Shown here: piece after piece, positions 9,033 through 18,199 of the stretch
How positions within the stretch are numbered: position 1 is the stretch's first letter
Layout of the letters: each line of letters starts with the position of its first letter
Origin: Escherichia phage Lw1
DNA: 64,000 nucleotides
Direction: 5' to 3' (one strand)
Sequence record: KC801932
Notes under the pieces: generated by a model
The model's input: the letters and a program-made list of their open reading frames with translations, nothing else
Databases searched by the model: none
What the model was told of the DNA's origin: nothing
Position numbers and translations under genes: made by a program

Positions 9033-11282
9033 ATGAGTGATATTAAAACAGTAGTAAAATCCTCTGGTGTAAGTCAACCATTCGACAAAGAAAAACTGTT
9101 TAAAGTCCTGAACTGGGCCAGTGTTGGAAAGAATATTGATGTTAACGCATTCCTTGAAAGTGTCGTTGACCTGCTTCGTGACGGTATGACTACCAAACAG
9201 ATCCAGGGCGTAGCTATCAAGTATGCAGCGGATCGCATTTCAGTAAAAGAACCTGACTGGCAGTATGTAGCGGCTAACCTCGAAATGTTCGCCCTTCGTA
9301 AAACCGTTTACGGGCAATTTGACCCGATCCCATTCTACGAACACATCACTAAGCTGGTTGAGGCTGGAAAATACGACAAAGAGATCCTAACCAAATGGAC
9401 TAAATCTGATATCGAATATTTCGAAGAGAACATTAAGCACGATAAAGATTTCGAGTTCTCTTACGCTGGTGTTCAGCAGTTGATCGGGAAATATCTGTTG
9501 CAGGATCGCACAAACGGTGACATCTACGAAACCCCGCAATACGCTTTCATGCTGATTGCTATGTGTCTGCATCAGGACGAACCGCGAACCCTGAGCGCAT
9601 TTAATCATGTGGTTGATTTCTACAACGCAATTTCGGATCGTAAGCTGTCGTTACCTACGCCTATTATGGCTGGTGTGCGTACTCCTACGCGTCAGTTTTC
9701 CAGTTGCGTAGTGATTGAATCAGGTGATTCACTGGGTTCTCTGAATGCTGTAACCTCTGCGATCGTGAAGTATATTTCACAACGTGCTGGTATCGGTGTA
9801 AACGCCGGACATATTCGCGCGATGGGTTCTAAAATCCGTGGTGGTGAAGCAGTTCATACAGGCGTGATCCCGTTCTGGAAACATATTCAGACAGCGGTTA
9901 AATCCTGTTCACAAGGTGGTGTTCGTGGTGGTGCTGCAACGTTGTATTATCCGATCTGGCATTTGGAAGTTGAAAACCTGCTGGTTCTGAAAAACAACAA
10001 AGGTGTTGAAAACAACCGTATCCGTCACCTGGATTATGGCGTACAGCTTAACGATTTGATGTATAAACGTTTGATGAATAACGATTACATCACTCTGTTC
10101 AGCCCTGATGTTGCTAACGATCGTCTGTATGATGCGTTCTATCAAGCGGATCAGACTGAATTCGAAGAACTGTATACCAGCCTTGAAAAAGACCCGACTG
10201 TACGCAAGAAACGTATTAAAGCGGTAGATCTGTTCCAGTTGCTTGCACAGGAACGCGCACAGACTGGACGCAAATATATTTTCAACAGTCATCACGTCAA
10301 TCAGCAGGGTAGTTTCTCTGTTCCGGTTCGTATGTCGAACCTTTGCTGTGAAATTGCGATCCCTACAAGTCCTCTGGATGACGATGATAAACTGGCTGGC
10401 GAAATTGGACTGTGTACGCTTATGGCTATCGTTCTCGATAATGCCGATATAAGCGAATTTCCGGCCCTTACGCGCATTGCAGTACGCGCACTGGATAACT
10501 TGCTGGATTACCAGAATTATCCTGTTGCAGCGGCACTGAAAGCTAAACAGCGTCGTTCTCTGGGTGTTGGTATCACCAACTATGCTTCGTGGCTGGCAAG
10601 TAACTATTGCGACTACTCAGAAGCATACGCCGGAAACGTTCATGAACTGATGGAAGCGTTTCAATATAACTTGTTGGTTGCCTCTATGGAACTGGCAAAA
10701 GAACGCGGCGCGTGTGGACTGTTCCACGAAACAAAATATTCACAGGGACTGTTACCGATCGATTGGTACTGCAAGAACGTTGATGAACTCGCATCACCTG
10801 TGTATAACTGCGACTGGGAATGGTTGCGTGGTGAAATCAAAAAATACGGCTTGCGTAACTCAACGCTTTCTGCTTTAATGCCATGTGAGAGTAGTTCTCA
10901 AGTAAGTAACTCCACAAACGGTATTGAACCGCCTCGCGGCCCTGTGAGTGTGAAATCTTCGAAGGAAGGTTCATTTAACCAGGTAGTTCCGAACCATAAT
11001 GACCAGATTGATTTCTATGATTATCTCTGGACAATGGCTAAACGCGGTAACAAAGGTTATCTGTCTCATGTTGCTGTTATGCAGAAGTTTGTTGACCAGG
11101 CTATCTCTGCAAACACCGACTATGATCCGGCTAACTATGCTGATGGTAAAGTTCCGACTGAGGAAATCTTAGATGACCTCCTGTACGCGAACTATTTCGG
11201 TGTTAAAACACTGTATTACCACAACACCCGCGATGGTGCTGGTGAAGATGAAGCGGAAGATTGCGAAGGTTGCAAGATTTGA
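9033..11282 (+). CDS. nrdA: Ribonucleotide reductase class Ia large subunit
   Basis: 749 aa; ATP-cone N-terminus; catalytic-site blocks (SSCVVIESGDS, NLCCEI, C-terminal redox cysteines). Confidence 0.93.
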   Translation: MSDIKTVVKSSGVSQPFDKEKLFKVLNWASVGKNIDVNAFLESVVDLLRDGMTTKQIQGVAIKYAADRISVKEPDWQYVAANLEMFALRKTVYGQFDPIPFYEHITKLVEAGKYDKEILTKWTKSDIEYFEENIKHDKDFEFSYAGVQQLIGKYLLQDRTNGDIYETPQYAFMLIAMCLHQDEPRTLSAFNHVVDFYNAISDRKLSLPTPIMAGVRTPTRQFSSCVVIESGDSLGSLNAVTSAIVKYISQRAGIGVNAGHIRAMGSKIRGGEAVHTGVIPFWKHIQTAVKSCSQGGVRGGAATLYYPIWHLEVENLLVLKNNKGVENNRIRHLDYGVQLNDLMYKRLMNNDYITLFSPDVANDRLYDAFYQADQTEFEELYTSLEKDPTVRKKRIKAVDLFQLLAQERAQTGRKYIFNSHHVNQQGSFSVPVRMSNLCCEIAIPTSPLDDDDKLAGEIGLCTLMAIVLDNADISEFPALTRIAVRALDNLLDYQNYPVAAALKAKQRRSLGVGITNYASWLASNYCDYSEAYAGNVHELMEAFQYNLLVASMELAKERGACGLFHETKYSQGLLPIDWYCKNVDELASPVYNCDWEWLRGEIKKYGLRNSTLSALMPCESSSQVSNSTNGIEPPRGPVSVKSSKEGSFNQVVPNHNDQIDFYDYLWTMAKRGNKGYLSHVAVMQKFVDQAISANTDYDPANYADGKVPTEEILDDLLYANYFGVKTLYYHNTRDGAGEDEAEDCEGCKI

Positions 11283-11287
11283 TTAAT

Positions 11288-11306
11288 GCCCCTTCGGGGG
11301 CTTTTA
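11288..11306 (+). terminator. GC hairpin after nrdA (gccccTTCGggggc tttt)
   Basis: Same hairpin style as at 987. Confidence 0.45.
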
Positions 11307-11318
11307 TAAGGTAAACTC

Positions 11319-12494
11319 ATGTTAACAGTAATGAACACAAACCCCGAACACAAACACTTAGAACAGCCGATGTTCTTCGGTGAGGATACGGGGGTTGCCC
11401 GATATGAAGAACAAAAACACAGTGTATTTGAAAAGCTGACTGAAAAACAACTGTCATTCTTCTGGCGACCGGAAGAAGTGGATCTGTCGATTGACCGTAT
11501 GCAGTATGCGAAAATGCCGGAACATGAAAAAATCATTTTCGATTCTAACCTGCAATATCAAACCCTACTGGATACCATTCAGGGACGCGGCCCTAACCTT
11601 GCATTTCTCCCGATTGCCTCTGATGTATCAATGGAAACGTGGATCGAAACATGGGCGTTCAGTGAAACAATTCACAGTCGCAGTTATACGCACATTCAGC
11701 GCAACCTGCATATCGATCCGGCTAAAGAGTTCGACAAAATCCTTCGTAACGAAGCGATCATGAAACGTTCTGCATCAATGACCAGTTATTACGATAACTT
11801 GATCAGCGAATGTCATGAACTGAAAAACATCGTTCTCAAGATCGAAATGATGACATCCCACGGATACCCAGACGAATCGATCGCTGAATACGAACAGAAA
11901 CGCAAAGAGCAAATGCGCAAATGTAAGGTTGCTCTTTATCTGTGTATGCACGCTGTCAACGCTCTGGAAGCGATTCGTTTCTATGTCTCGTTTACCTTTA
12001 CGTTCAACTTTGCCGAACAGGGCAAGATGGAAGGTAACGCAAAGATCATGCGTCTGATTGCCCGTGATGAAGCACTTCATCAGAAAGGTACTCAAAGCAA
12101 GATCCGACTCTGGCAGATGGGTAAAGATGACCCAGAAATGGCAGAAATCGCGTATCAGTACGAAGAAGAAGCAACACAGATTTTCCTCGAAGTTTACGAG
12201 CAGGAAAAAGAATGGGCTGAACACTTATTCAGTATTGGTGATGTTGACGGCGTGACACTGAAAAGTACAATCGCCTATATCGAACACTTAACCGACCAAC
12301 GTATGCGAGCGGTTGGGTTACAGTCTCCGTTTAAACCGAGTCCTAACCCGTATCCGTGGATGAACAAATGGTTGAAGTCTGACAACGTTCAGGTAGCCCC
12401 GCAAGAGGTTGAAGTAAGTTCTTACCTGGTTGGCAACCTCAACACTGAGATCAGCGACGAAGCCTATGCAAAATGGCGACAAAAATACGCTTGA
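11319..12494 (+). CDS. nrdB: Ribonucleotide reductase class Ia small subunit, uninterrupted
   Basis: 391 aa; di-iron/tyrosyl radical ferritin-like blocks (ETIHSRSYTHI, ARDEALH); continuous ORF. Confidence 0.93.
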   Translation: MLTVMNTNPEHKHLEQPMFFGEDTGVARYEEQKHSVFEKLTEKQLSFFWRPEEVDLSIDRMQYAKMPEHEKIIFDSNLQYQTLLDTIQGRGPNLAFLPIASDVSMETWIETWAFSETIHSRSYTHIQRNLHIDPAKEFDKILRNEAIMKRSASMTSYYDNLISECHELKNIVLKIEMMTSHGYPDESIAEYEQKRKEQMRKCKVALYLCMHAVNALEAIRFYVSFTFTFNFAEQGKMEGNAKIMRLIARDEALHQKGTQSKIRLWQMGKDDPEMAEIAYQYEEEATQIFLEVYEQEKEWAEHLFSIGDVDGVTLKSTIAYIEHLTDQRMRAVGLQSPFKPSPNPYPWMNKWLKSDNVQVAPQEVEVSSYLVGNLNTEISDEAYAKWRQKYA

Positions 12495-12777
12495 TTGTCG
12501 CGTCGTAAACAAGTATAAAGGTAACTGGGATGTCGATATTCAAAGAGGTACGAAGTTCGGCAATCCCTTTTACAAGGGAACACGGGGTGAAAACATTCTT
12601 AACTTCATCCCGTATTTCCAAAACTTGATTCGAACTGGCGTGATCACAATCGACGAACTGAAAGAACTGGACGGGAAGCGGTTAGGCTGTAGTTGCAAAC
12701 CCTTACCGTGTCACGGTGATTATATTGCTCACTGCGTCAATGTGTTGACCGGAAAGGTGAATAAGTTGGATATATAA
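12466..12777 (+). CDS. DUF4326-family protein (approx 103 aa)
   Basis: GNPF and C.CKPLPCHGD signature typical of DUF4326; ATG 12466 overlaps nrdB 3' end. Confidence 0.6.
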   Translation: MQNGDKNTLDCRVVNKYKGNWDVDIQRGTKFGNPFYKGTRGENILNFIPYFQNLIRTGVITIDELKELDGKRLGCSCKPLPCHGDYIAHCVNVLTGKVNKLDI

Positions 12778-13175
12778 TGGACGATGTAACGTTTGGTGTA
12801 ATATTTCCTTTGCGTCTGGGTTCAGACAAAAGGATAGATCGGAGTTTTGTTAAATGTGGTGAATTCCGGCATTGTGTATATTTTATTGAAATCGACGGTC
12901 GGATAGTGTATGTTGGCAAGTGTCGTGATTTGTGGAAGCGGTTAGACACATACCGCAATTCGAAATACTGGCGGGAAGCAAACCCCAGTAACATTTTGAA
13001 AACCGCACGTCTGGAAATGGCAATCAAAAAAGGTAAACGTGTAAATCTTATCGTGACAACACACGACGAAAGCACGTATCACGATTTTGAAATCAACATG
13101 ATCCGAAAAATTAATCCTGAATGGAACAAACAGCACTATGACAAATCTAACCAAAAATCAGAAAACCCTCTTTGA
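12777..13175 (+). CDS. denA: GIY-YIG-like endonuclease II (DenA-like)
   Basis: 132 aa; VYFIEIDGRIVYVGK ... NPEWN resembles T4 DenA layout; position nrdB-denA-rnlA as in T4. Confidence 0.5.
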   Translation: MDDVTFGVIFPLRLGSDKRIDRSFVKCGEFRHCVYFIEIDGRIVYVGKCRDLWKRLDTYRNSKYWREANPSNILKTARLEMAIKKGKRVNLIVTTHDESTYHDFEINMIRKINPEWNKQHYDKSNQKSENPL

Positions 13176-14295
13176 CCAGTTGATGAAACTGTGTAACGAA
13201 AGCGAATGCTTCTATTTCATTGATCAAAAAACCGTGATGCAAACCCATGTTCGCATCTTTAACTATCGCATGGCGAGCTATTCCGACTGGTTAAAACCTG
13301 GTGCGCTGGAATGTCGCGGTATCATGTTTGTGATGGATGGGGATACCCCCGTAAAACTCGTCAGTCGCCCGATGGAGAAGTTTTTCAACTATGCCGAAGT
13401 AAAGGCATGGGAAGCACTTAAAGCCGCTCCTGTAACGATTGGTGAAACCGTAGTTGATGTGATGATTAAGGAAGATGGTTCCCTTATTTCCACCTTCTGT
13501 GATTCCGGCTATCTGGGCGTTAAGTCTAAAGCATCAGTTCAATCTGAACAGGCTATGGACGCTATGAGCGTGATTCAGAGAAACCGCGCACTGTTCGATC
13601 GTCTGACCGAACTGGTTAATGATGGTTTCACAGTCAATATGGAATACGTCGCACCAACAAACCGTATCGTAATTGGTTATCAGGAACCAGCAGTGGTGAT
13701 CCTGAACATCCGTAATAACGACACGGGCGAATACGTCGATTATCAGGACATCTTCGCAGATAGTGTATTACGTCCGTTCCTGGTTGAGCGTGAGAAAATC
13801 GAAGTCACCGATCTGGATGCATTCATTACCGAAGCCTACACGAAAGAAGGTTTTGAGGGTTACGTAATCAAAACTGATAAAGGGTTCGTGAAAGCGAAAA
13901 CTAACTGGTACGTAAACCTACACCGCACGAAAGATAGCATCAACAATAATAAGGATCTGTTCTTAAATATTGTTGAAAATACCGTAGATGACCTGAAACA
14001 AATGTTCCTCGATGATATGTACGCACTCAAGAAAATTGACGCATTCGAAACGTTATTCCTTGATAGTCTGAATCGTCTGACTGCAAAAGCATTCCAGGCA
14101 ATCGAAGACACGAAAGGCAAATCACACAAAGATTACGCGATCGCCCTGAGTTCTGACTTAACCCCTGACGGTCGTATCATCTTCGGGCCTATGATGCGTT
14201 ATTTTGATGATACCGATAAGCAAAAGCTGGTCGATAACATCGTTGCATTAATGGCGAAGAACTACGAACAGTTTATACCGGAAGAATATAAATGA
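13138..14295 (+). CDS. rnlA: RNA ligase 1
   Basis: 385 aa; N-terminus matches remembered T4 Rnl1 (IFNYRMASYSDWL, ALECRGIMF, SRPMEKFFN); KEDGSL nucleotidyl-transfer motif. Confidence 0.85.
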   Translation: MTNLTKNQKTLFDQLMKLCNESECFYFIDQKTVMQTHVRIFNYRMASYSDWLKPGALECRGIMFVMDGDTPVKLVSRPMEKFFNYAEVKAWEALKAAPVTIGETVVDVMIKEDGSLISTFCDSGYLGVKSKASVQSEQAMDAMSVIQRNRALFDRLTELVNDGFTVNMEYVAPTNRIVIGYQEPAVVILNIRNNDTGEYVDYQDIFADSVLRPFLVEREKIEVTDLDAFITEAYTKEGFEGYVIKTDKGFVKAKTNWYVNLHRTKDSINNNKDLFLNIVENTVDDLKQMFLDDMYALKKIDAFETLFLDSLNRLTAKAFQAIEDTKGKSHKDYAIALSSDLTPDGRIIFGPMMRYFDDTDKQKLVDNIVALMAKNYEQFIPEEYK

Positions 14296-14618
14296 CATTA
14301 CCCGCCTTTCCAAAGTTAACTTCTTTGGTGTGGCCTGTACTTGTTGCCCTGTCTCTGGCAGGGCTTTTGTACATGACAATCACGCTGAAAAGTGAAAACG
14401 ATCAATTGGCTAAAGATATCAAAGAGTTACGCGATGATGTCAAAAAAGTCAAAGAGACAAACAACACCAATACGGTGATCTACGTCGAACAAAAAGCGAA
14501 GGATCAGCAGTTGGTCAAGGATGCCGGACGTAAAGACCTGTTGTTCAAGAAACCAGGACTGATCGAAATCAAGATCAATAAATCCTTCGAAGAGTATATG
14601 AGAGATTTCGAAAAATGA
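14292..14618 (+). CDS. Putative i-spanin (pseT.3-like)
   Basis: N-terminal TM helix then charged coiled-coil; directly precedes lipoprotein ORF and pseT. Confidence 0.55.
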   Translation: MTLPAFPKLTSLVWPVLVALSLAGLLYMTITLKSENDQLAKDIKELRDDVKKVKETNNTNTVIYVEQKAKDQQLVKDAGRKDLLFKKPGLIEIKINKSFEEYMRDFEK

Positions 14619-14941
14619 AAATAACGACATTAGCCCTTGTTCTGGGCGTTCTGTTGGTCGGGTGTGCTGAGAAGCCCCCTGAAAAGATTTTGCCGACTTT
14701 ACCCGCTAAGGTAAACCCTGTTGATGTGAAATGGAAAGTAATGGCGGAAGTAAGGGAAATCGACGGGAAGAAATATCTCGTTATGCCGTTTGACGGCAAC
14801 CCATACGTTGCGCTATCATATCCAGACTCATTGATTTTTCGTAGCTGGATGAATGACGTTAAGCGACAGAAAGATCAAACCGATAATATCCTATGTACCG
14901 TGGGATATTCCGAAAAATGCAAATTGAGAGATTCTAAATGA
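14615..14941 (+). CDS. Putative o-spanin lipoprotein (pseT.2-like)
   Basis: Signal peptide with lipobox LLVGC; ATGA-coupled to neighbours. Confidence 0.6.
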   Translation: MKITTLALVLGVLLVGCAEKPPEKILPTLPAKVNPVDVKWKVMAEVREIDGKKYLVMPFDGNPYVALSYPDSLIFRSWMNDVKRQKDQTDNILCTVGYSEKCKLRDSK

Positions 14942-15825
14942 ACCTGTTTATTACTGTAGGCGTACCAGGTAGCGGGAAAACTACATGGGCGAAAGAAAAA
15001 GCGCGTCAACTGGGGAACACTCTGACTGTTTCCCGTGACGATATCCGTCGAACCCTTTATTGTGCTGGCGGTGATCTAACTGGCTACCGCTTCACCGAAG
15101 AGAAAGAAAAACTGGTAACTCAGATGCAAACCAATATTGTTCTTAGTGCTCTGGGGCATGGAAAGAACGTTATTGTACACAATACGCATCTTAAACCAGG
15201 CGACCATATCTTCTGGAAAGAACTCGCGAAAGGAACAGGCGCGGAGTTGCATTTCGAATACTTTGATGTTGATATCGTCGAACTGCTGAAGCGCAACCAT
15301 AAACGCGGTGTAAATGCTTTGCCTGTCTCCCGTGTATGGGAAATGTTTACACAGTATCGTAAATTGCGTGGTTGGGTTCCGGCTATGCAGTACGCAGATC
15401 CAAACAAACCAAAATGCGTTATCTTCGACGTTGACGGAACGTTAACCAAAGTTGGACAGCGTAGCCCGTATGACTTTACGAAGGTAATCAACGATCCGGC
15501 TAACCCTCCGGTTCAGGAACTGTTCAGAATGTATAAAGCCTCTGGCTATGCCTGTGTTGTTGTATCGGGGCGTGAGGGTACTGTACAGTGCGCACATGAT
15601 ACCGCTGCAAGCCTGATCGGGTATGGTGTTGACCTGAGCGATGGTATTTTCATGCGCGAAGAAGGGGATCATCGTCACGATTTTCACGTAAAAGAGCAAA
15701 TACTTGTTGAAAAGATTCTCGATAAGTATTATCCTGTTCTTGCAGTGGACGACCGAGATACCCCTACCGGAATGTGGCGAATGAACGGTATCCCATGTTT
15801 CCAGGTTGATTACGGCGACTTCTAA
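14938..15825 (+). CDS. pseT: Polynucleotide 5'-kinase/3'-phosphatase
   Basis: P-loop GVPGSGKTT at N-terminus; HAD phosphatase motif VIFDVDGTLT in C-terminal half. Confidence 0.88.
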   Translation: MNLFITVGVPGSGKTTWAKEKARQLGNTLTVSRDDIRRTLYCAGGDLTGYRFTEEKEKLVTQMQTNIVLSALGHGKNVIVHNTHLKPGDHIFWKELAKGTGAELHFEYFDVDIVELLKRNHKRGVNALPVSRVWEMFTQYRKLRGWVPAMQYADPNKPKCVIFDVDGTLTKVGQRSPYDFTKVINDPANPPVQELFRMYKASGYACVVVSGREGTVQCAHDTAASLIGYGVDLSDGIFMREEGDHRHDFHVKEQILVEKILDKYYPVLAVDDRDTPTGMWRMNGIPCFQVDYGDF

Positions 15826-15831
15826 AAACAG

Positions 15832-15866
15832 TTGACAGTGATTGCGGGTATGATAAGATACCCGCA
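15832..15866 (+). promoter_or_regulatory. Sigma70-like promoter TTGACA-16-TAAGAT with hairpin in spacer
   Basis: -35 at 15832-15837, -10 at 15854-15859; inverted repeat gcgggtat/atacccgc spans spacer and -10; followed by AGGAG RBS and ATG 15885. Confidence 0.4.
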
Positions 15867-15884
15867 CACAAAAGGAGATATATT

Positions 15885-16151
15885 ATGATCGAACGTGAAA
15901 ATGTAAATGTAATAGTTGAACTGGGTGATCGTGTTAATGTTGATAATCCGGTTGATTTACAACTGAAACTGAACCAGTTAGGCCAGCGTCTTGTTGATCG
16001 GCTTCCTGCTGGTTACAACGTGAAACTTGTCCGTGACGGTCAGTTCTCCTTCCTGCTGGGGATTATTAGTCAACGTGGTATCGTTGAACAACAGTTCGGA
16101 ATCCAATGGAATCCGGTTTCTAAATTCGTAACGTGGGCTGGTGTATTATGA
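15885..16151 (+). CDS. Hypothetical protein (88 aa)
   Basis: ORF with strong RBS downstream of promoter. Confidence 0.4.
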   Translation: MIERENVNVIVELGDRVNVDNPVDLQLKLNQLGQRLVDRLPAGYNVKLVRDGQFSFLLGIISQRGIVEQQFGIQWNPVSKFVTWAGVL

Positions 16152-16399
16152 ACGAAGCTAAAAAGATCCATCAAGCATGGTTGTTGATGGATACCCGAAT
16201 GGTTCGATATGGTTGTGTTTTTGGTTTGGTTGACAACGATCCGACATTGGATATTGTAACAAGTCCGGTTGTTGAATACGAAATTCCTAGCGATAATTCG
16301 TATGTGATCGTGAAAACTCGTTCTGGTAGTACATATCATATTGTCGAACCAGACAACAATTTTCTGAAAGACCTTCTGAAATACATGGGCGACCGATGA
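16133..16399 (+). CDS. Hypothetical protein (88 aa)
   Basis: Overlapping-coupled ORF upstream of cd. Confidence 0.35.
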   Translation: MGWCIMNEAKKIHQAWLLMDTRMVRYGCVFGLVDNDPTLDIVTSPVVEYEIPSDNSYVIVKTRSGSTYHIVEPDNNFLKDLLKYMGDR

Positions 16400-16920
16400 A
16401 ATTACTTCATATGATCCGCGCCATAAAACACAGTCAGGGTTCTCGATGTGTATCGACCCGTGTAGGTGCGGTTATTGTAATGAATGGGCGCGTGGTGTCC
16501 CAGGGTTCGAATAATACGGTTGATTCCGATTGTCGTTGTGCTGATCATAACGAGCACATGCTGAATGATGAAGGTAAGCTGAAAGCTGTTCACCGTCCAG
16601 AACATTCAGCATGGTCGAACGACAACGAGATCCACGCCGAAATGAAAGCGTTGCTAAGTGCTCATACTAATGGTATCATGCTTAACAACGCAGAGTTGTA
16701 CACAACCACTTCACCGTGTCCGAACTGTGCAAAACACATCGAATGGTATGTTGCGATTGGTGCAATAACTGCTGTATACTACCTCGATAAATACGATCGT
16801 GGTAATGACGAATGGATTTCACGTTTGCAAAAATATGGTTGCAGAGTGGAACAAATTAAACGGGAAGAGTTGGAACCTCATATCAACTTTTCTAATTTAG
16901 TGTTTAACAACAATGAGTAA
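16396..16920 (+). CDS. cd: dCMP deaminase
   Basis: Zinc-binding deaminase motifs HAEMKAL and SPCPNCAK. Confidence 0.85.
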   Translation: MKLLHMIRAIKHSQGSRCVSTRVGAVIVMNGRVVSQGSNNTVDSDCRCADHNEHMLNDEGKLKAVHRPEHSAWSNDNEIHAEMKALLSAHTNGIMLNNAELYTTTSPCPNCAKHIEWYVAIGAITAVYYLDKYDRGNDEWISRLQKYGCRVEQIKREELEPHINFSNLVFNNNE

Positions 16921-16924
16921 CAAA

Positions 16925-17269
16925 ATGTCTGAATTGAAAGTAAAAGCATCTTTTGAATACGTGATTATCGAAGCAACTGCTCGACCGCAGGGTTCCGAAA
17001 TCGTATCATCAACTGGCATTGTAGTAGGTGTGCGTCAACAAGGGGAACAACCGTATTTTGGTAAAGTTGTTTCTGTAGGGCCGGAAGTACCGGAAGAAAA
17101 CGCAAAAGCCCTGTTGGGTAAAATGGTTCCGCTTCCACATGCTCAAATGGCGAATGTTCCAGATCCAGACCTGGTTGCTGGCTACATTTCCGAAAAAGAA
17201 GCAAAAGAGAAAGAAACGAAATACGTTTCTGCACATTACAAAGCTGTTCAGGCAATTTACGAGATCTAA
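16925..17269 (+). CDS. 31: Co-chaperonin gp31 (GroES-like capsid folding cofactor)
   Basis: approx 114 aa; matches remembered T4 gp31 pattern (GIVVG.R.QGE, SVGPEVPE, HYKAV); order cd-31-rIII as in T4. Confidence 0.7.
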   Translation: MSELKVKASFEYVIIEATARPQGSEIVSSTGIVVGVRQQGEQPYFGKVVSVGPEVPEENAKALLGKMVPLPHAQMANVPDPDLVAGYISEKEAKEKETKYVSAHYKAVQAIYEI

Positions 17270-17271
17270 TC

Positions 17272-17523
17272 ATGGCTAAATCAATTCAAAGCATTATCGC
17301 TGATACCGTCAGCAAGTCCAAAAAACTGTTCGACAAAGGCGATATCCTGGAAGCTCCGGCACGTATCGACGTGATGGCAGCAATGATCATCGATGCGCAT
17401 CAGGGTAAACTGAAATCTCGTGCCGATGAAGTCATGGCATATGTTGTCCAGTTTGAAGACGTATGCAAATACGCGAAGGGTGTAGACCCGCTGGTACAAG
17501 AGATCTACCGTAAGCAATTCTAA
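17272..17523 (+). CDS. rIII: rIII-like lysis inhibition accessory protein
   Basis: 83 aa ORF immediately downstream of gp31, the T4 rIII position; sequence identity not verified. Confidence 0.45.
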   Translation: MAKSIQSIIADTVSKSKKLFDKGDILEAPARIDVMAAMIIDAHQGKLKSRADEVMAYVVQFEDVCKYAKGVDPLVQEIYRKQF

Positions 17524-17529
17524 AAATTT

Positions 17530-17607
17530 GGCCCCTTAGCTCAATTGGTTAGAGCGAACCCCTCATAAGGGTGTGGTTTCCGGTTCAAGTCACGGAAGGG
17601 GCCACCA
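17530..17607 (+). tRNA. tRNA with anticodon CAU (Met or Ile2 type)
   Basis: Hand-folded cloverleaf: 7-bp acceptor stem GGCCCCT/AGGGGCC, D-arm GCTC/GAGC, anticodon loop CTCATAA, T-loop TTCAAGT, encoded CCA; A-G mismatch in anticodon stem and a bulged A in T-stem. Confidence 0.65.
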
Positions 17608-17760
17608 AATCAGGGTGCTGGCGCAATGCCGTTAAATGGTTCCGAATATGCAACCTTATCCATTGGATAGGCTCTGTTGGTATCGGGTAATAGGTTCCCC
17701 GGAATGCGGGGTGAAGTAAAGAAACTTCCAGCCCATCAAATTAACTTAAAGAGAAATGAA

Positions 17761-18192
17761 ATGAATACATCTGGTCTGATTACCCTGTTTAAACTGGCTC
17801 CGAAAATCCGTGCTGTTATTGCCTCGCGTTCAGAAGATCATCTCAACGCAGGGATCATGCAAGTATTTCAAGAAGAAATTCCTGATTTTGAACGTGTGTT
17901 CGGTGATGCGCTTACCGCATATTCTACACAGGGTTATCTCGCTGCACCGTTAGTGAACGACCCCAACGCATATCGACGGACATATTTCAACTGGCAGATC
18001 ATTACGCTGGTTAAGCGTAGCGGTATTACTCCGACAAACTACCAGCTTTTAACAGTTGACGCGTCGAAGTTTTTAATCCAATATCTGATGACAGGTGGAT
18101 TCAAAAACGAACTCGTACCTGTGGATAACGATGCGTTAATCAGAGAATTCGACGACGCAAAAAATCTAATCGAATCATTGAAATCTATGTGA
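17761..18192 (+). CDS. Hypothetical protein (approx 143 aa)
   Basis: ORF; start placed at ATG 17761 (MNTSGL) rather than the upstream extension across the tRNA-flanking region. Confidence 0.4.
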   Translation: MNTSGLITLFKLAPKIRAVIASRSEDHLNAGIMQVFQEEIPDFERVFGDALTAYSTQGYLAAPLVNDPNAYRRTYFNWQIITLVKRSGITPTNYQLLTVDASKFLIQYLMTGGFKNELVPVDNDALIREFDDAKNLIESLKSM

Positions 18193-18199
18193 GGTTTAT

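Noticed and set aside
8126-12494. Group I introns or intron-encoded endonucleases in td and nrdB
   Set aside because: Both genes are continuous ORFs of expected length with conserved motifs throughout; no interruption seen.
17608-17760. A second tRNA directly downstream of tRNA(CAU)
   Set aside because: I could not fold a cloverleaf with a paired acceptor stem; only a simple hairpin is evident. Left as a candidate structured RNA in findings.
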